A DNA stretch of 64,000 nucleotides, taken from Paragordius varius. Lineage: Eukaryota > Animalia > Nematomorpha. The notes below the pieces were generated by a model that saw only the letters and a list, made by a program, of their open reading frames with translations, ran no database searches and was not told where the DNA came from. This document shows positions 13,357-26,203 of this stretch, one piece after another (positions within the stretch are counted from its first letter, which is position 1; each line of letters begins with the position of its first letter). The position numbers and the translations under genes were made by a program. Location: contig OZ176054.1 of assembly GCA_964247055.1 (NCBI GenBank), positions 9,610,001 through 9,674,000 of the forward strand, written 5' to 3'.

Positions 13357-14443
13357 CAGTGGACAACAAATTTTTCTGCCACTCGAGTTTTTTGCATTTT
13401 CTGATATTTAGTATCATTTTAACAGTAAATCTGAATAAATATTATAACTCGATGGAAGAATTTTGTACATGATTTTTTTTATTATGCGCCCTCTTTATCA
13501 AAATTTTACTAAAAAATGTTTTTTTGAAAATATACAAGTAATGCCCATTTGCAATATATCAATAGAAAGAGTAATAAAAACTCTATAAAATGCATACTAA
13601 TATGTATTACATCGACAGTTAATATTGGACACAAAGAGCGACAAACGCGCGAAGCGAGAGCATTTTTTTTAATTATTATTAAAACTAATAGATGAAAATA
13701 GCTCAACTTTGTTTGGATGGTGATGAATGTCCAAAAAAGATGATACAAGAAAATTTTGATTAAAACATTTTTATTGCTTTTATGTCACTCAAAACAGCCA
13801 TTTTTAAGTTTTTTGTTTTTTAAAAATTACCATCTCATCAATATTAATTTATTTTCTTTACGAGGCTGATAATTTCGAAATTATAAAGATAAAAACAAAG
13901 TTAAAGGTATTTTTATTCTTTTATAGCTAATTATGTAATAAATTTACACTTATAACTATGCATTTTAGTATCCACTAGGTAAAATATCTATGATAAAAAT
14001 AATTTTTATTAAAAAAGCAAACCAAAAGCTTTTTCAAACATTTTTTTAATTAAATACTAATATAACCCTAATAATTATATTAGAATAATTTATATGATTT
14101 TCAAATTAGTTTGTCTGTGAAAATTCTTGACTTATTTAGGGATTGAAAATTTTGACCATTTAAATCCAAATAACTTTTACATCCGATTGATTTAAATAAC
14201 TTAATACCATTTAAAAGGTGCAGTTTTTTGCGCTCTTTCGAATGATATAAATTACATGGCTTCATATCTAAAACTTTTAATTTTCGAAATTTTGAGTATA
14301 ATGTTAAATCGGGGCCAAAAATTATCGATAAACTCTAATATATGAAAATTCTTGCATGCTAGACCAATTTTCTTTCAGATATAATAATTATGTACTTTAA
14401 CGAAATAAATTTTAAATTTACAAGAATGGCAATTAAAAAAGTG
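13357..14443. mobile_element. 1.1-kb non-autonomous DNA transposon, copy 1
   Basis: Collinear, high-identity copy of 54488-55588. Left end CAGTGGACAACAAATTTT; the right TIR has a short deletion between two AGT motifs. Flanked by TAA on both sides. Confidence 0.85.
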
Positions 14444-15233
14444 TAATTAATGATTTTTGTGGTAGATGTAATCCACGGTTATTACATAATTCCTGTATTT
14501 TAGAGTTTTCGCAGTTATTAGGTCGACTATATTACCGAAATTAATGTGAATCGACCATCATTAATGTTTATTTCTCTATTTCGGTTTTCAACAATCATTT
14601 TTAGATTCTAAAAGCTTAGATTGATTCTTACAATTATTAATTCCTTATTTATCGGTACCTTGAATGATGTGCGGTGTTGCAACGTAAGTCGGTATATTTG
14701 TAAAATAACCCGTAATGATAATATACCATTTACAATTCAAATTCACCCTAAACATTCAATATTAATCCTTGAACAATTCAAATTCATTCTAAAAATATAT
14801 CATGTGTTTATGGGCCAATATGACTCATCATTAATATGAAATATTTCTTTATGGCCTTATTTATTATTTTTTCATATTATGTTTATTTTGAACGAAGTTT
14901 CATTTTTAAATAAAAAAAAAATATAGATAATTTTTATTATTAAAAAATACATAATTTATATTAGGGTGAATAATTGTTTAAGGGTTAATTTAATGTCTAA
15001 ACGGTATATATCGTAATCATGTGATAATGGTTTAAAAATAAATTTGTATTAATTCATTTATAATTTCCTCAAAAATTATGTAACATTTTTATCATAATAT
15101 AATTTTTATTTTATAATGGTCATGGTACAAACATGTCACATATATAAAATTAAACTAATTAATTATTACTTATTATTTTAATGTATTAATATAAAGTAGA
15201 CACATCACAGAAATATATATTAATAATATAGTG

Positions 15234-15268
<35 letters not shown>

Positions 15269-16139
15269 TATTATAAACATCGATAATCCAAATAATAAAA
15301 ATATTAATGAGTTTAAATATAGAAAGCAATATAAAAAAATGTGAATGGTTTTTACATGTATTGCTAGTGGAATTGATGATTATACAGAGCGCGTCAAATT
15401 AATTAACAAAAATTATGGGCTTTAAAAAACTTCTCAGTGCTTCTTAAAAAATATAATATAAAAAATTGCTACACATATATCCATCTCATATCCAGGAATG
15501 TCAAATAATTAAAGTGGGAGCTAAAATATTATATGATCCATGATATTATTTTTTTTATTTTAACCAACCATTCATAGAAATCATAAATATAGAGGGTTAT
15601 ATAAATTATATGTAAACGGAGGTACGGTATAATAAAAGAAAAAAACACCACATAGAATTATATGTACATGTCGCCTTAAAAAGAAACGAAAAATAAACAT
15701 TTTCAATAAACAACGCCTTTAAATTACAGTATGAGTAAAGTACACATTGCTATCTTTTCATTATTATTGATACAGCTAAAGAGAGTTTAACTTATAGTTA
15801 ATTTTTTTCGTTTATTACTTCTATTAGCCATCCAAATTATGTCTGCTGTTTATACTATCTGATAATATTTACTTAAAAAATAGCAATGTATACTTGCTCA
15901 TACTGTAATTATTTTATGTTAATTATTATAAATGTTCTTTTCCAGTCAATCTGACTATAGGGGCTTATTTATATGACGTACCCAGATATGCATGAAAATT
16001 AGCATGAACTAATTAATTCAAAGGTGATGATGTTTATATTAAAAAAGCTTATTTATAGCTATAATTTTTAGTATTAACAAAAATTATATGGAGGAGCTAC
16101 CTAATATTATAATTTTTATTATGCTATCTGTGACAAAAA

Positions 16140-19100
16140 TTAAGTTCTATTAAACAGGGGAGGAGGTGGTCTCATTCCAGGTGTCGTAAAAGCCGGTGGG
16201 GGAGAATATATATTGTTGGTTGGTGCACCCATCTGACCGGAAGGATATGCGCCACCACCCACTCCAAAACCAGCTGAGGATCCGCCAACAGGTGATTTTG
16301 CGCTAAATGTTCCCATCCCACTATGAGGACCGCCTATGCCGGTTCCAGCACCCGCTTTAAGTTTAAACCAATTGGTTTCTTTGTAAAGGAACCAAACGTT
16401 TCCTCCCCACAAGATGAGATTAGCAAATCCAAAAATCTATGTATTATGCATGTACAGTATGCAAATTAATATTGGTCAATACACATTATATTTGGACAAT
16501 TGGCATTACAGTAGCGCATGAGTAAAAAGCAACAAATGGTTATACAATTTTTTCCTATCTTACATTAGATTTTAATTATGGACAAAATTTGTTTCATATT
16601 ACGCTACTGTATTACCAATTGGTTAACAATAATATCAATTAAAAATTAATGGGCATAATGTATATGTGTGGCGTTTTAATTAAGTCTTTTTATTTTACAC
16701 GCTTATCAAAAAAATAATATTAAGTGATCGTTTAATATCAATCATTATCACCTTCAAAACCAGTGAATAAGTAACTGTATAGACTGTAAAAATTAAAATC
16801 TTAAGCAATAAAAAAATAAAAGTCTAAGTTTGTACAAAAAAGTATCGTCAAATTAAAAGACTGTTATTTTTTAAAAAATTATATTTTTATAATCCCCAAT
16901 ACTCATAACATAAATGGTTGTTCGTGTGAGATTTTGGTATTGAAAATATTTGTATTCCAAATTTTAACCTAAAGGCACTTAATCTCAAATCATTAAATAC
17001 TGATAAATTATACTAAGATTTGAAAGTTTAATTATATTTAATAACAAATTACCATTGTTGTTATCAATAAGATAATTTATTTAATCTACGGGATTCAAAT
17101 TTTATTCAAAAAATTCGTTTATTTTTAAACACCCAAATACAAAATAGTAAAAATGTAAAGCAAAATAAATGATATTGTTGCATTTCAAAACAAACGGAAT
17201 ACATCATGAAACTAAAAAACTTACAATGGAAACATTAAGACTGCTAAAATCTCCGCGGAATTTGGTTATACATGCTGGTGGTTGATTAGGTCCTCCAATT
17301 TTACACTCTGGAAACCGAGCTATTATATGGTCAGGATTTGTGTAGTATTTTAGATCATTGAGATTCTTGGCCCATGCACATGATGCGATAAACCATAGCA
17401 AAGCGAATGTAAGGGTAACTATAAAATCCTATTTTTATGCGAAAAAATAAAATGTTTTTGCAAATACTATAGATTTTTTATCATAATTTACTAAAAGTTG
17501 CGATAATAAAAATGTTATTAGTCGGTCCAATATTAAACCCTCCTAAAACAAAATCCACCACGGTAGTCGTTAGTTAATACAAAAAATACGTTTGTCAATA
17601 AAGTTTAAAATGTCCTATAAAATAACATGGCATATTTGGGGGATTTTGATCAATATAGGGAGATGATAAACAATATATTCGATGTTCACCAAACGATACA
17701 TTTAAAATAGTCTAATAACTTGGTTATATTCAATAATTATTAATAATTATTGAATATAATTGATAAAAAAACTATTTTTTCTAAAAGAGGTTGTTATACA
17801 AGCCAATTTGATTTTGATGAATTCCATGTACAGTTTAGTGCTATTGTTAACTTTAATTGGGCGATTCTTGAGCTATAATGCAACAAATATAATCAATTGC
17901 CAAATTAATCAAACTTTGTTTGTTGGCAATAAATAAATCTGCAATTAGTAAAACAATGCTTTTAACCGGAAAAGATTTAACAATTTTATCAACAATTTCA
18001 TCAAATAGTTGTGCCTTAGATATATTATTCATCAAAAATCATAAATTGGTAACAAATTGGCATGTTTGCATACCTATAAAAATATTAATTATTATGTTTA
18101 ATTAGTATTTATATGACCTATGCGACATAAAATATAACTAAATATTTTGATTTTGAATTACGGGAAATAGAAATATATTTTGGATCTGTTGGGTGCTTTT
18201 ATCTCAAAAACGATATAATAAAAATGGAATATTTAATAAATTTCACAGAAAATCTATCCCAAATGCACTTTAAAGCCAGATAAATAAATTATTTAATCAG
18301 CAAAATAAAAAGTAGCAAAAACGAGATTAATGATATTGACCTTCCACATATCTTCATGCATTTAAATGCTTTTTTAATACAAATAAAAAAGCGCTGAATT
18401 TTATTGATTTTTTTCAGATTATTATGTTAAAGTTAGTAAGTAATATAAAATGATTAATGTAATACTGGAGATAACGGTTATAATCTATTTTTGCCTTCCC
18501 CATGTTTAAACTCAAAACTATACTCTAATATTAAATTTTAAAATGGCAAAATTTATTTTTAAATCATTATATAAAGATGCTTATTCACTTATTTATACAA
18601 AAAATTTAATAAGAGAATGAGATTTACATTTATTAATGTCATGAAATTAATTGATCGTATGTAAAATTAATAACCATATTTCACTATCAAATCAAGGGTT
18701 GTTTTGTTTTTAAGGGCGCGTTTTAATGATATGAGTTGTATCTATAACTCACTCATATATATAGTAAATAGATTCGGATTGAAATAAATAAAAATATAAT
18801 TGTAGAAATTTATTTTTATATTAAATTTTTGTTCTTTATATACGGGTTATTTCGTCCTTTTACCTGTTTGCTTTCATCTTTTGCGTAATTTACTCCAAAA
18901 TTTTCAATTATTTTATTTTATCAAAGTCCAAGTTTCAATAATCTTAAACTTTTTATGTAACTCCGTATACTTTCAATAATTATATTGTATCAGAGTCCAA
19001 ATTTTATGTGTTTCCAACAAAAACCACCTTTATATACTTATTCACCGTACAATTTTTTAATTAGTTATTTGGATGTAAAAATTGCATAGAAGTTAAACAA

Positions 19101-21836
19101 TTTTATTGCATAATACGTTAATTACCCATATTTACTGTAATCTAATTTTATGTGGTTTACTCAAAAAACATCTTTATAAATTTATATTCCGTACACATTT
19201 TGATTAGTTTTCTGGATCCAAGTAAAAGTTAACTTATATAGTTTAATACGCATATTACCAATCCGTACTGTAACAAAGTCTAAATTTTACGTATTTTTTT
19301 CTAACGAAAATCAGGTTTACAAACTTTTACTCCGAATATTATCAGTATCATATACTATCGCAAATTTATCGCTGATACTAAATCTATTACTATTCGTGGG
19401 TAACGTTCATTCTCCTCATACAATCGATCAAAAAACATGTAAACTATGAGAGCACCCGTGGCGTACAGGAAAGCTAAAACCCCGACGCCCACATAGAATT
19501 GAGCAGCGCTTGAATAATCGCCCTCCAAGTATACGTAACTCTCTTCTTGGCCCACTAACAAGGGATGAGTCCCTACATACGCATCTTGTAATGCATTGGC
19601 ACGTTGTTGACCACCTACACCACCACACAATGGTCGATTAATGGCAAAATGATTCAATCTAAATGTATGGGAAGAAATGATGCGTAAAATTACATAAAAT
19701 AACCAGTTAGCGCCAATTAGTTCTCAATATGTGTGACCGCAAAAGACAGAGTTACCCGATTAAAAATAAGCAAAATGTTAGTAGAGCATAGGGTCAAATC
19801 AACCTTTTGATTTTCCTTAAGAGGTATACAAAACTTATTGGAAATAATTTTCATGAAGCAGCTAATGACCATTGTATACATATAATGATATGTAAGACGA
19901 CGTAATTTTTGACATACCAAATGATTGCAAATAAGGCAAAAAGTAAATTATGCAAAAAAACTATTTTGATATTAAAAATTTGAGAAAAAACTGATTTCGC
20001 CATAAATCATATTGAATTTATATAAATGAATCCTAAGCAGGAGTCTTACACATGTGGCCCGGGCACGTGAGATAATTCATATACAAAATTTTACGAAATC
20101 CAAGCAAAATTGATTTTTTAAACAAATTTTTTGAATAAACCTCTCCGAATTTTGGCAATGAACTAACAAAAAATGTTAAAATAATTGGTAGTTTTTACAG
20201 TTTTATGTTTAAAATCTAATAAATGTTTATTCCCATATATTTTGCGAATGAACACCCATGATCTAATGAATCTGATTTAATCAAAGTTAAAGCCTAGATA
20301 TTTAAAATATTACTAATAACTTTAGATGACCTTTACTTAAATTTTCCAACCACTTTTTTAAAAATAATATTTAAATCATATATTAACACAATGAACATTA
20401 ATTTTTAACTTATCTAATTTGCATCTGATTCGATTGTTTATCATATAAAATTTTTTGTTACATCCAAATACATTAGTGTTAAGCTGTTTCAAGAAGAAAA
20501 TTCATTTAAAATTTTGAGCAAATTATTACACAATGATTCTTTTATTGAGGATTTATACTAGTATAAATATTGGTAAAATCTAAATTTTGCAATTAAATAA
20601 TATGAGTGACTCCTTTTAATAGGGTATGGAGTTTTCCCAAATATAAATCATTGTAATAAAATAAAATAACCTTTTCAAAAAAGTTATTTTATTTATAATA
20701 ATAGCCAAATGGTAAAAATAAATAAATGTTGAATATTATATTTATAAATAAGTAAATGGATATTTATATTTTTCATATTGCAGTAAAAATTAAAATTATA
20801 TGGAAAAAACGCAAAATGATAAAGACAAATATTTTTTTCTAAAAGACAACCATACTTTTTGAATCTTATTTTTATAATGATAACTCAATGTTTTAAATTG
20901 CAAAGTATAAAATTAGAGATGTAAATTGATAACGAAAGCATATGTATTATAAGATTGTAATTAAATTATTTCAACAGGATGAATTAAGGTTTAAGAAACT
21001 GTAGTTGTCTAAAAAATTTTGTCTTTATATATTTACGTTTTGTCCGTATAATTTCAATTTTTACTGTAATAATTTTCTTATTAGGTCAATATTTTTTTAT
21101 TTGATGCAAAAAAAATCCAAATATTTGGACATCCTTATGAAAACACTTATATTAATGCGGAAAAAATTATAAGTTTGCGTGATTAAAAAATTAATTATAT
21201 TAAAAGAATTAATATCAATCTTATATTAAATCAATATGTCGGGATCGTAATCTTATAACGTCATCAATATAAATCTCCATAAATAATTAATAAATGTAAT
21301 GTTATAACTCTAATCAAATAGTAAAATTTTTTAGGAAGTAGTACAATCCCAATGTAAATAGTATTATTTAAAATTAACCTAAAAAGTTGAGTGAAAAAAA
21401 TAGTATGCGCGTTAACTTAAATAAATCAAGAATTTATAAGAAAAAACATAATGCAAAAATGTCGCAATAGGTTATATTGATTTTTGCACCATATATTTTA
21501 TTTTATGTATATAGTATAAAAAATAAAACAAAAAAAATTTTTTCACATTAAAGTTATGTAATGCATTAAATATTATTATTCTAAATTTAAAGTAAATAGA
21601 GGGTATTTTTTTGGAATTAAATATATAATACTTGTAAGGATAACTAAAAATCCCTTTTAAAATTTTTGGATTGTTTGGACATTGTACTTGGAAGGTGAAA
21701 TGAGAACGGTGATTGGTGGTAGTTGCAAATGCAAAAATTGCAAGAACCTACATTTAAAATTTTATATAACTATTTGTAATATTTTGATAAATCCTCTGGG
21801 TTCTTTCAGGCAAGATATGTTTCCATTTCGTAAAAT
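16140..21836 (-). CDS. SYP: Synaptophysin/synaptoporin-family MARVEL synaptic vesicle protein (first exon not resolved)
   Basis: Exons 21836-21771 (LKEPRGFIKILQI), 21747-21632 (VLAIFAFATT...C...FSYPYK), 19658-19391 (LEGDYSSAAQFYVGVGVLAFLY), 17428-17225 (DFIVT...ASCAWAKNLNDLK...C...SSLNVSI), 16436-16140 (IFGFANLILWGGNVWFLYKET plus Gly/Pro tail). All GT-AG and phase-consistent. Subfamily (SYP, SYNPR or SYPL) cannot be decided. Confidence 0.95.
18890..19340. repeat. Diverged tandem array (about 70-bp and 140-145-bp periodicity) in a synaptophysin intron
   Basis: Recurring AATTTTATGTG, CCGTACA..TTTT.ATTAGTT.T.TGGAT, TAATACG..ATTACC and TACTGTAA blocks, with AAATTTTAYG at about 19000, 19145 and 19283. 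Confidence 0.6.
21748..21770 (-). other. 23-nt GT-AG intron in synaptophysin
   Basis: gttatataaaattttaaatgtag. Removal gives EPRGFIKILQI|VLAIFAF (cf. EPLGFVKVLQW|VFAIFAF). Contains an in-frame TAA. Confidence 0.9.
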
Positions 21837-23086
21837 CTATCTTAAATGTTAATAAATACTGTAGTAAGAATATCCATACGGTTAGACCTTTTATAAAAAC
21901 ATGATAGTATGTTATAAAATACAGTCGCATAAACACTTGTTATTTTTCATAGTTAATACACAATTAAGTTTGGAGAATTTTTGTCCTCCTCAAATTTATA
22001 TAAATAAACTACTAAAAAATTGGAAAACTTATTAAACAGTGTTTTGTGTTCTGTGCTTATTTTTATATTGCTTCCATAATCCGAATTCGGAAGCTTAAAA
22101 CGATTAAAACGAATTTATTTTAAATTGAAAAAATGTAATAGGAGTTAAAAGAAAGCAAAGTAATAACAAGTTATACATTTCTGTTGTTTGCTCGGTGTAA
22201 TCGCAACATTAGCGCGCATTAATTTTTATTAAAATTTTTTGTTTTAGTTAAATATTTAATTTCAAAATATTAAGGTATAAGATAACTAATATCAGAAAAA
22301 CAAAACAGTTTTTACATAAATAAATAACTTGTGGATGTGGGTTCCGAAAGTTACTAATTATAGTTGCCTTTCAAATACGATAATTTTTGAATGTATGCTA
22401 GATTATTCCAAAATAGTATTAATGAATTATATTAAGAAAGTACATAATTTGTTTAAAAAATTTAGTTTGTTAGCATTAGTTTCGTACTATTTGAAACATT
22501 GATATAAATCAAATAATTATATAAAGATTTATTTTTTATAAAATTTAATTGTGCTGATACTTTCTATTAGGAATGATAAAATCATTTCCTTTTTTATATT
22601 ACAGTATGGTTTTTTATTAATAAATTAAAAGCAAAGGTTTTAGAAAAACTTTTTTGATGTCAAATATTAACTTTTCTTTATATTATGTCAGCATCTTCAT
22701 TTATTTTAATAAATAATAAATATAATTATTAATATATTGTTATGCATCTCATACGTAGATCATATGTTTTATAGATAATTTCGAAATAAGCCATTTAGTT
22801 TTAACGAAAAAATTAAAAATGTGCGTTCAAAAATCCATTTTCTGATATGGTGCAGTTAACACAAACATAATAGTTATCTAACTTGTAAAAGTCAAAATCA
22901 AAAGCACCATGATAATTCTATTACATTTAATGAAAAAATATGTATTTTGGGTGATTTTGCGGAGACTGTTTATTACCCCATTACTCCTATATCTCAGAGT
23001 GATTTCAAATTTAAATATCTTAAAAGTTCTTAAGGTATTAAGCCGAATTAAATGATATGCTTTCTTTAGCTTTTCAGGCGCATAAT

Positions 23087-23773
23087 TAGGGTTGTGAATT
23101 TGACTGTTTTTTCAAAAAAGTCCGGTCAGACCCAGTCAGACCATGGTCATGACCGTGGTCATGACTACTTTTCATTTAAATTAATTATCATGCGATATGG
23201 ATTGCGAAAATGATGTTCGTACGACACTTGCGTTTCACTAATAATGTCTTGTTTTTTCTTAATATATTATACATTTCTTTGATATTAATTATTTACAAAT
23301 ATTTAAAATTTAATCAATTTTGTTTTCAAATAAATTTTGCCACATGTTTGTGGCCTTCTAAATCTTTATATACATAGCTCTTAATACTGGATATTTCAAA
23401 TAAAATTTTACTTAGTTTGTTTTACACTCTCTTTCATCATTGTAATATCCAATTATAAAATGTTTTTTCATTTTATTGGTTCACATATATGGATTAATTG
23501 CATATTCTGCAAAGTGCTTCATTTTTTTCGAAATAACTGGATATGGTTAAATGCTTATCTTATAATGATGCATTTTTAACAATTTTATATTTTTAAATTA
23601 GCATATTTAAATATTTAATTTATATTTTCAATAAAAAACAATAAAATCTTACTATTTATCTTCCAAAAAAATCATCAACTATTTTTCAATATGCAGCTGT
23701 TTTTGAAATGACCGAGGTCTGACCTGATCATGGCTTGGTCAATCCGGGTCATGGCTTGGTCAGCACAACCCTA
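23087..23773. mobile_element. hAT-type MITE
   Basis: 10-bp TIR TAGGGTTGTG/CACAACCCTA, 8-bp TSD CGCATAAT/CGCTTAAT (7 of 8 match), GGTCAGAC/GGTCATGAC subterminal repeats at both ends. Confidence 0.88.
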
Positions 23774-26203
23774 CGCTTAATACAATTTTTTTGAAAAATG
23801 TAAAATAAAAAAATTCTTTTCTCAAACTTTTTACCAGCCATTTTTATTTATAAATTTTTTTAATAGTCAATGCAACATTAAATAAATGCATTTTATGGTT
23901 AGAAAATGTAAATAATAAATTTAAAAAGCTTTTAGGTTATATTTTACCAGCAAAAACTTGTATTTTTATTTCAATTGTGTTTTGGCGGTGTCTCTACAAC
24001 TTACAAAACTGTAAAAAACAAGCATTTCGAAAATGTTTCATAATTAAATCTAAAACTTTTAAACTATAGTTTACTAACAAAATTGAACTCTGGGAGATAA
24101 AACAAACCCAAAATGAAAACTAGGACGAAATAGTGAGAGGGAAAAGTGTTAATAATCCTAACTGCTAAATATTATAAAGAGTTTACATTTCTTTTCATGA
24201 TCATCGGAAAACTTACATAAAGGTAAATAATCGCATTTAAAATTTTACATTTTTTAAATGATCATCAAAAATCTTGCAAGAATTAAAGGTGAAAAATCGC
24301 ACTTTGACATAAAAATCACCTAAATCTATTTACTCGGTAAGTGAATCGTTTTTCTAAGTGTCTTAATATATTTATAATGTGAGGTTCGAGCCACATTGGA
24401 ACTCATTCCGACAAAAATTATTTATTATTTATTAATATACCGACAGTGATTAAGCCCTTTTTTAGTAGGCGTTCAGTTTTTCTGCAGTTCGTGTTTAAAA
24501 TCAGTTTTTTAAGTATATAAAACGTTATAAAATAAATGAACCCACTTAGTTTCAATAGGGACTTTTTTATTGATTTACGAATCCGATAATGATCAACTTT
24601 TTTTTAAAATTTGTCCTTCTGTTTAAATCCATACTTGTTAAAAATAGGGTAAGAAAAATGATTTGCATAGTACGATTTCAAACAGTCGTAGCACAGATTT
24701 CAACGAATTTTTAATCATTTGCGCTAAACCGATTAAGCCCCTTTTGAATTAGTCATTCATTTTACATCTATTTATTGTGAAAATAAGGGCATTAAATAAT
24801 ATTAAAAATGAAGAAATTTTTGGAAAACCTTAAGTCCAAAATTCAAAAGTGACAATTTTTTTGTTATAATAGCACTTAGGGTTACTAAGCCTTTAATTAG
24901 ATTTTTTAGAACAATTATCATTCACTTCCGGAAATACATAAAGACCTACTCGGATTTTATAATAATTTTTTCTTTGTTTTATAGTTGCTCCGCAACTGAC
25001 TAAGCCGTTTTTTTAATCAGCCTATCTCGCCCCGCCCGTGTTTTTCACAAAAATATTGGATTTAATTTAATTAGCCAGCACACGCTTATAATTTTAAAAT
25101 TAATAACTTATTAAAAATGCGTCGCAAGCGCCAGAGCTCTAATTTTCTTTTTGTTCAACCCCAACTGTGTATAATGTTTTTTTTATTAAATATTGACTTT
25201 AAAGTTTTTTCCAGCAAAACATATCAGATCTATGAATTCACTCGTTTTTTACATTTTTATACGTTTTGGGGTAGTTATTAACCTCAGAGCTTAGAGTAAA
25301 TAAAGTACTGTTTTAATGTTTTGGTTAAAATTTAGTTATTAATCCTTTTCTCACGTGATAGATTTAAAATACTTATAATTTTAGAGCTTAAACTTCTATA
25401 GTTCGATATTCGGATAGCTCTCAAATGCAAACTAATAAAAAATCACTAAATATCAAAGTTTTACTAGTAATGTAATTTAAAAGCTCATGCACCGTAATAT
25501 ATAAAATATTCAATTAAAAATAAAACTAAGACATGCGTGAATCAGCTAAATAATAAACTAATACAAAATATTTTTCTGTTGTCAATGTTAGAGGTGCCAT
25601 AAATAAAAATTTTTATAGGGGTAACGGACATGCTAATTTGAATGAACCTTATATTATATTATATTAACCGCGCAACCAACATTCGTATTATGTTATTATA
25701 AAACATTTGCACTTCAAGAGTGTCCTTGAACACTTCTGGTTCTTAAAACTTATAAATTTTGATTTAACCTTAATTTTTGCATTTATTTTTTTATTTATTT
25801 ATTAACCTAATTTTCTTTATTTTTTATTATTTATTCATTTAAAAATAAAAATTTTATTAAAAAACCACTTTTTTGTTTCAAACTATTTTTTTTCAATTGA
25901 ACAAAATTATTGACATTTAAATGTTTTATATAATAATTTAATTAATAACCCAGAAAACTTATATATTTTATTTCGTGTTAAAATCTTGTAAATATCCAAA
26001 ATTATTTTAAGAAATAATAACTATCATTGGGAAGTATAATATTTGCACGCGCGCGCGTCGACCCATCTGACGCAACTTCAAAAACGAAAAATTCTTAATT
26101 AATTTTCTATCAAAATTATTATTAATACCAATTATTATAATTATCTATTGTTATCTATTTATTTATTTTCAAAGTTTATTCTATCTTTTATCAGTTTTTC
26201 TCA

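Noticed and set aside
17853-18035. Short ORF with a faint likeness to a hAT transposase C-terminus (QLFDEIVD)
   Set aside because: Single weak motif, no TIRs or other transposase blocks.
21837-22230. Candidate first coding exons for synaptophysin (ATGGAA|GC near 22077; MLRLHRANNRN|GT near 22180-22210)
   Set aside because: No conserved sequence to choose between them, and one needs a weak GC donor. Left unresolved.
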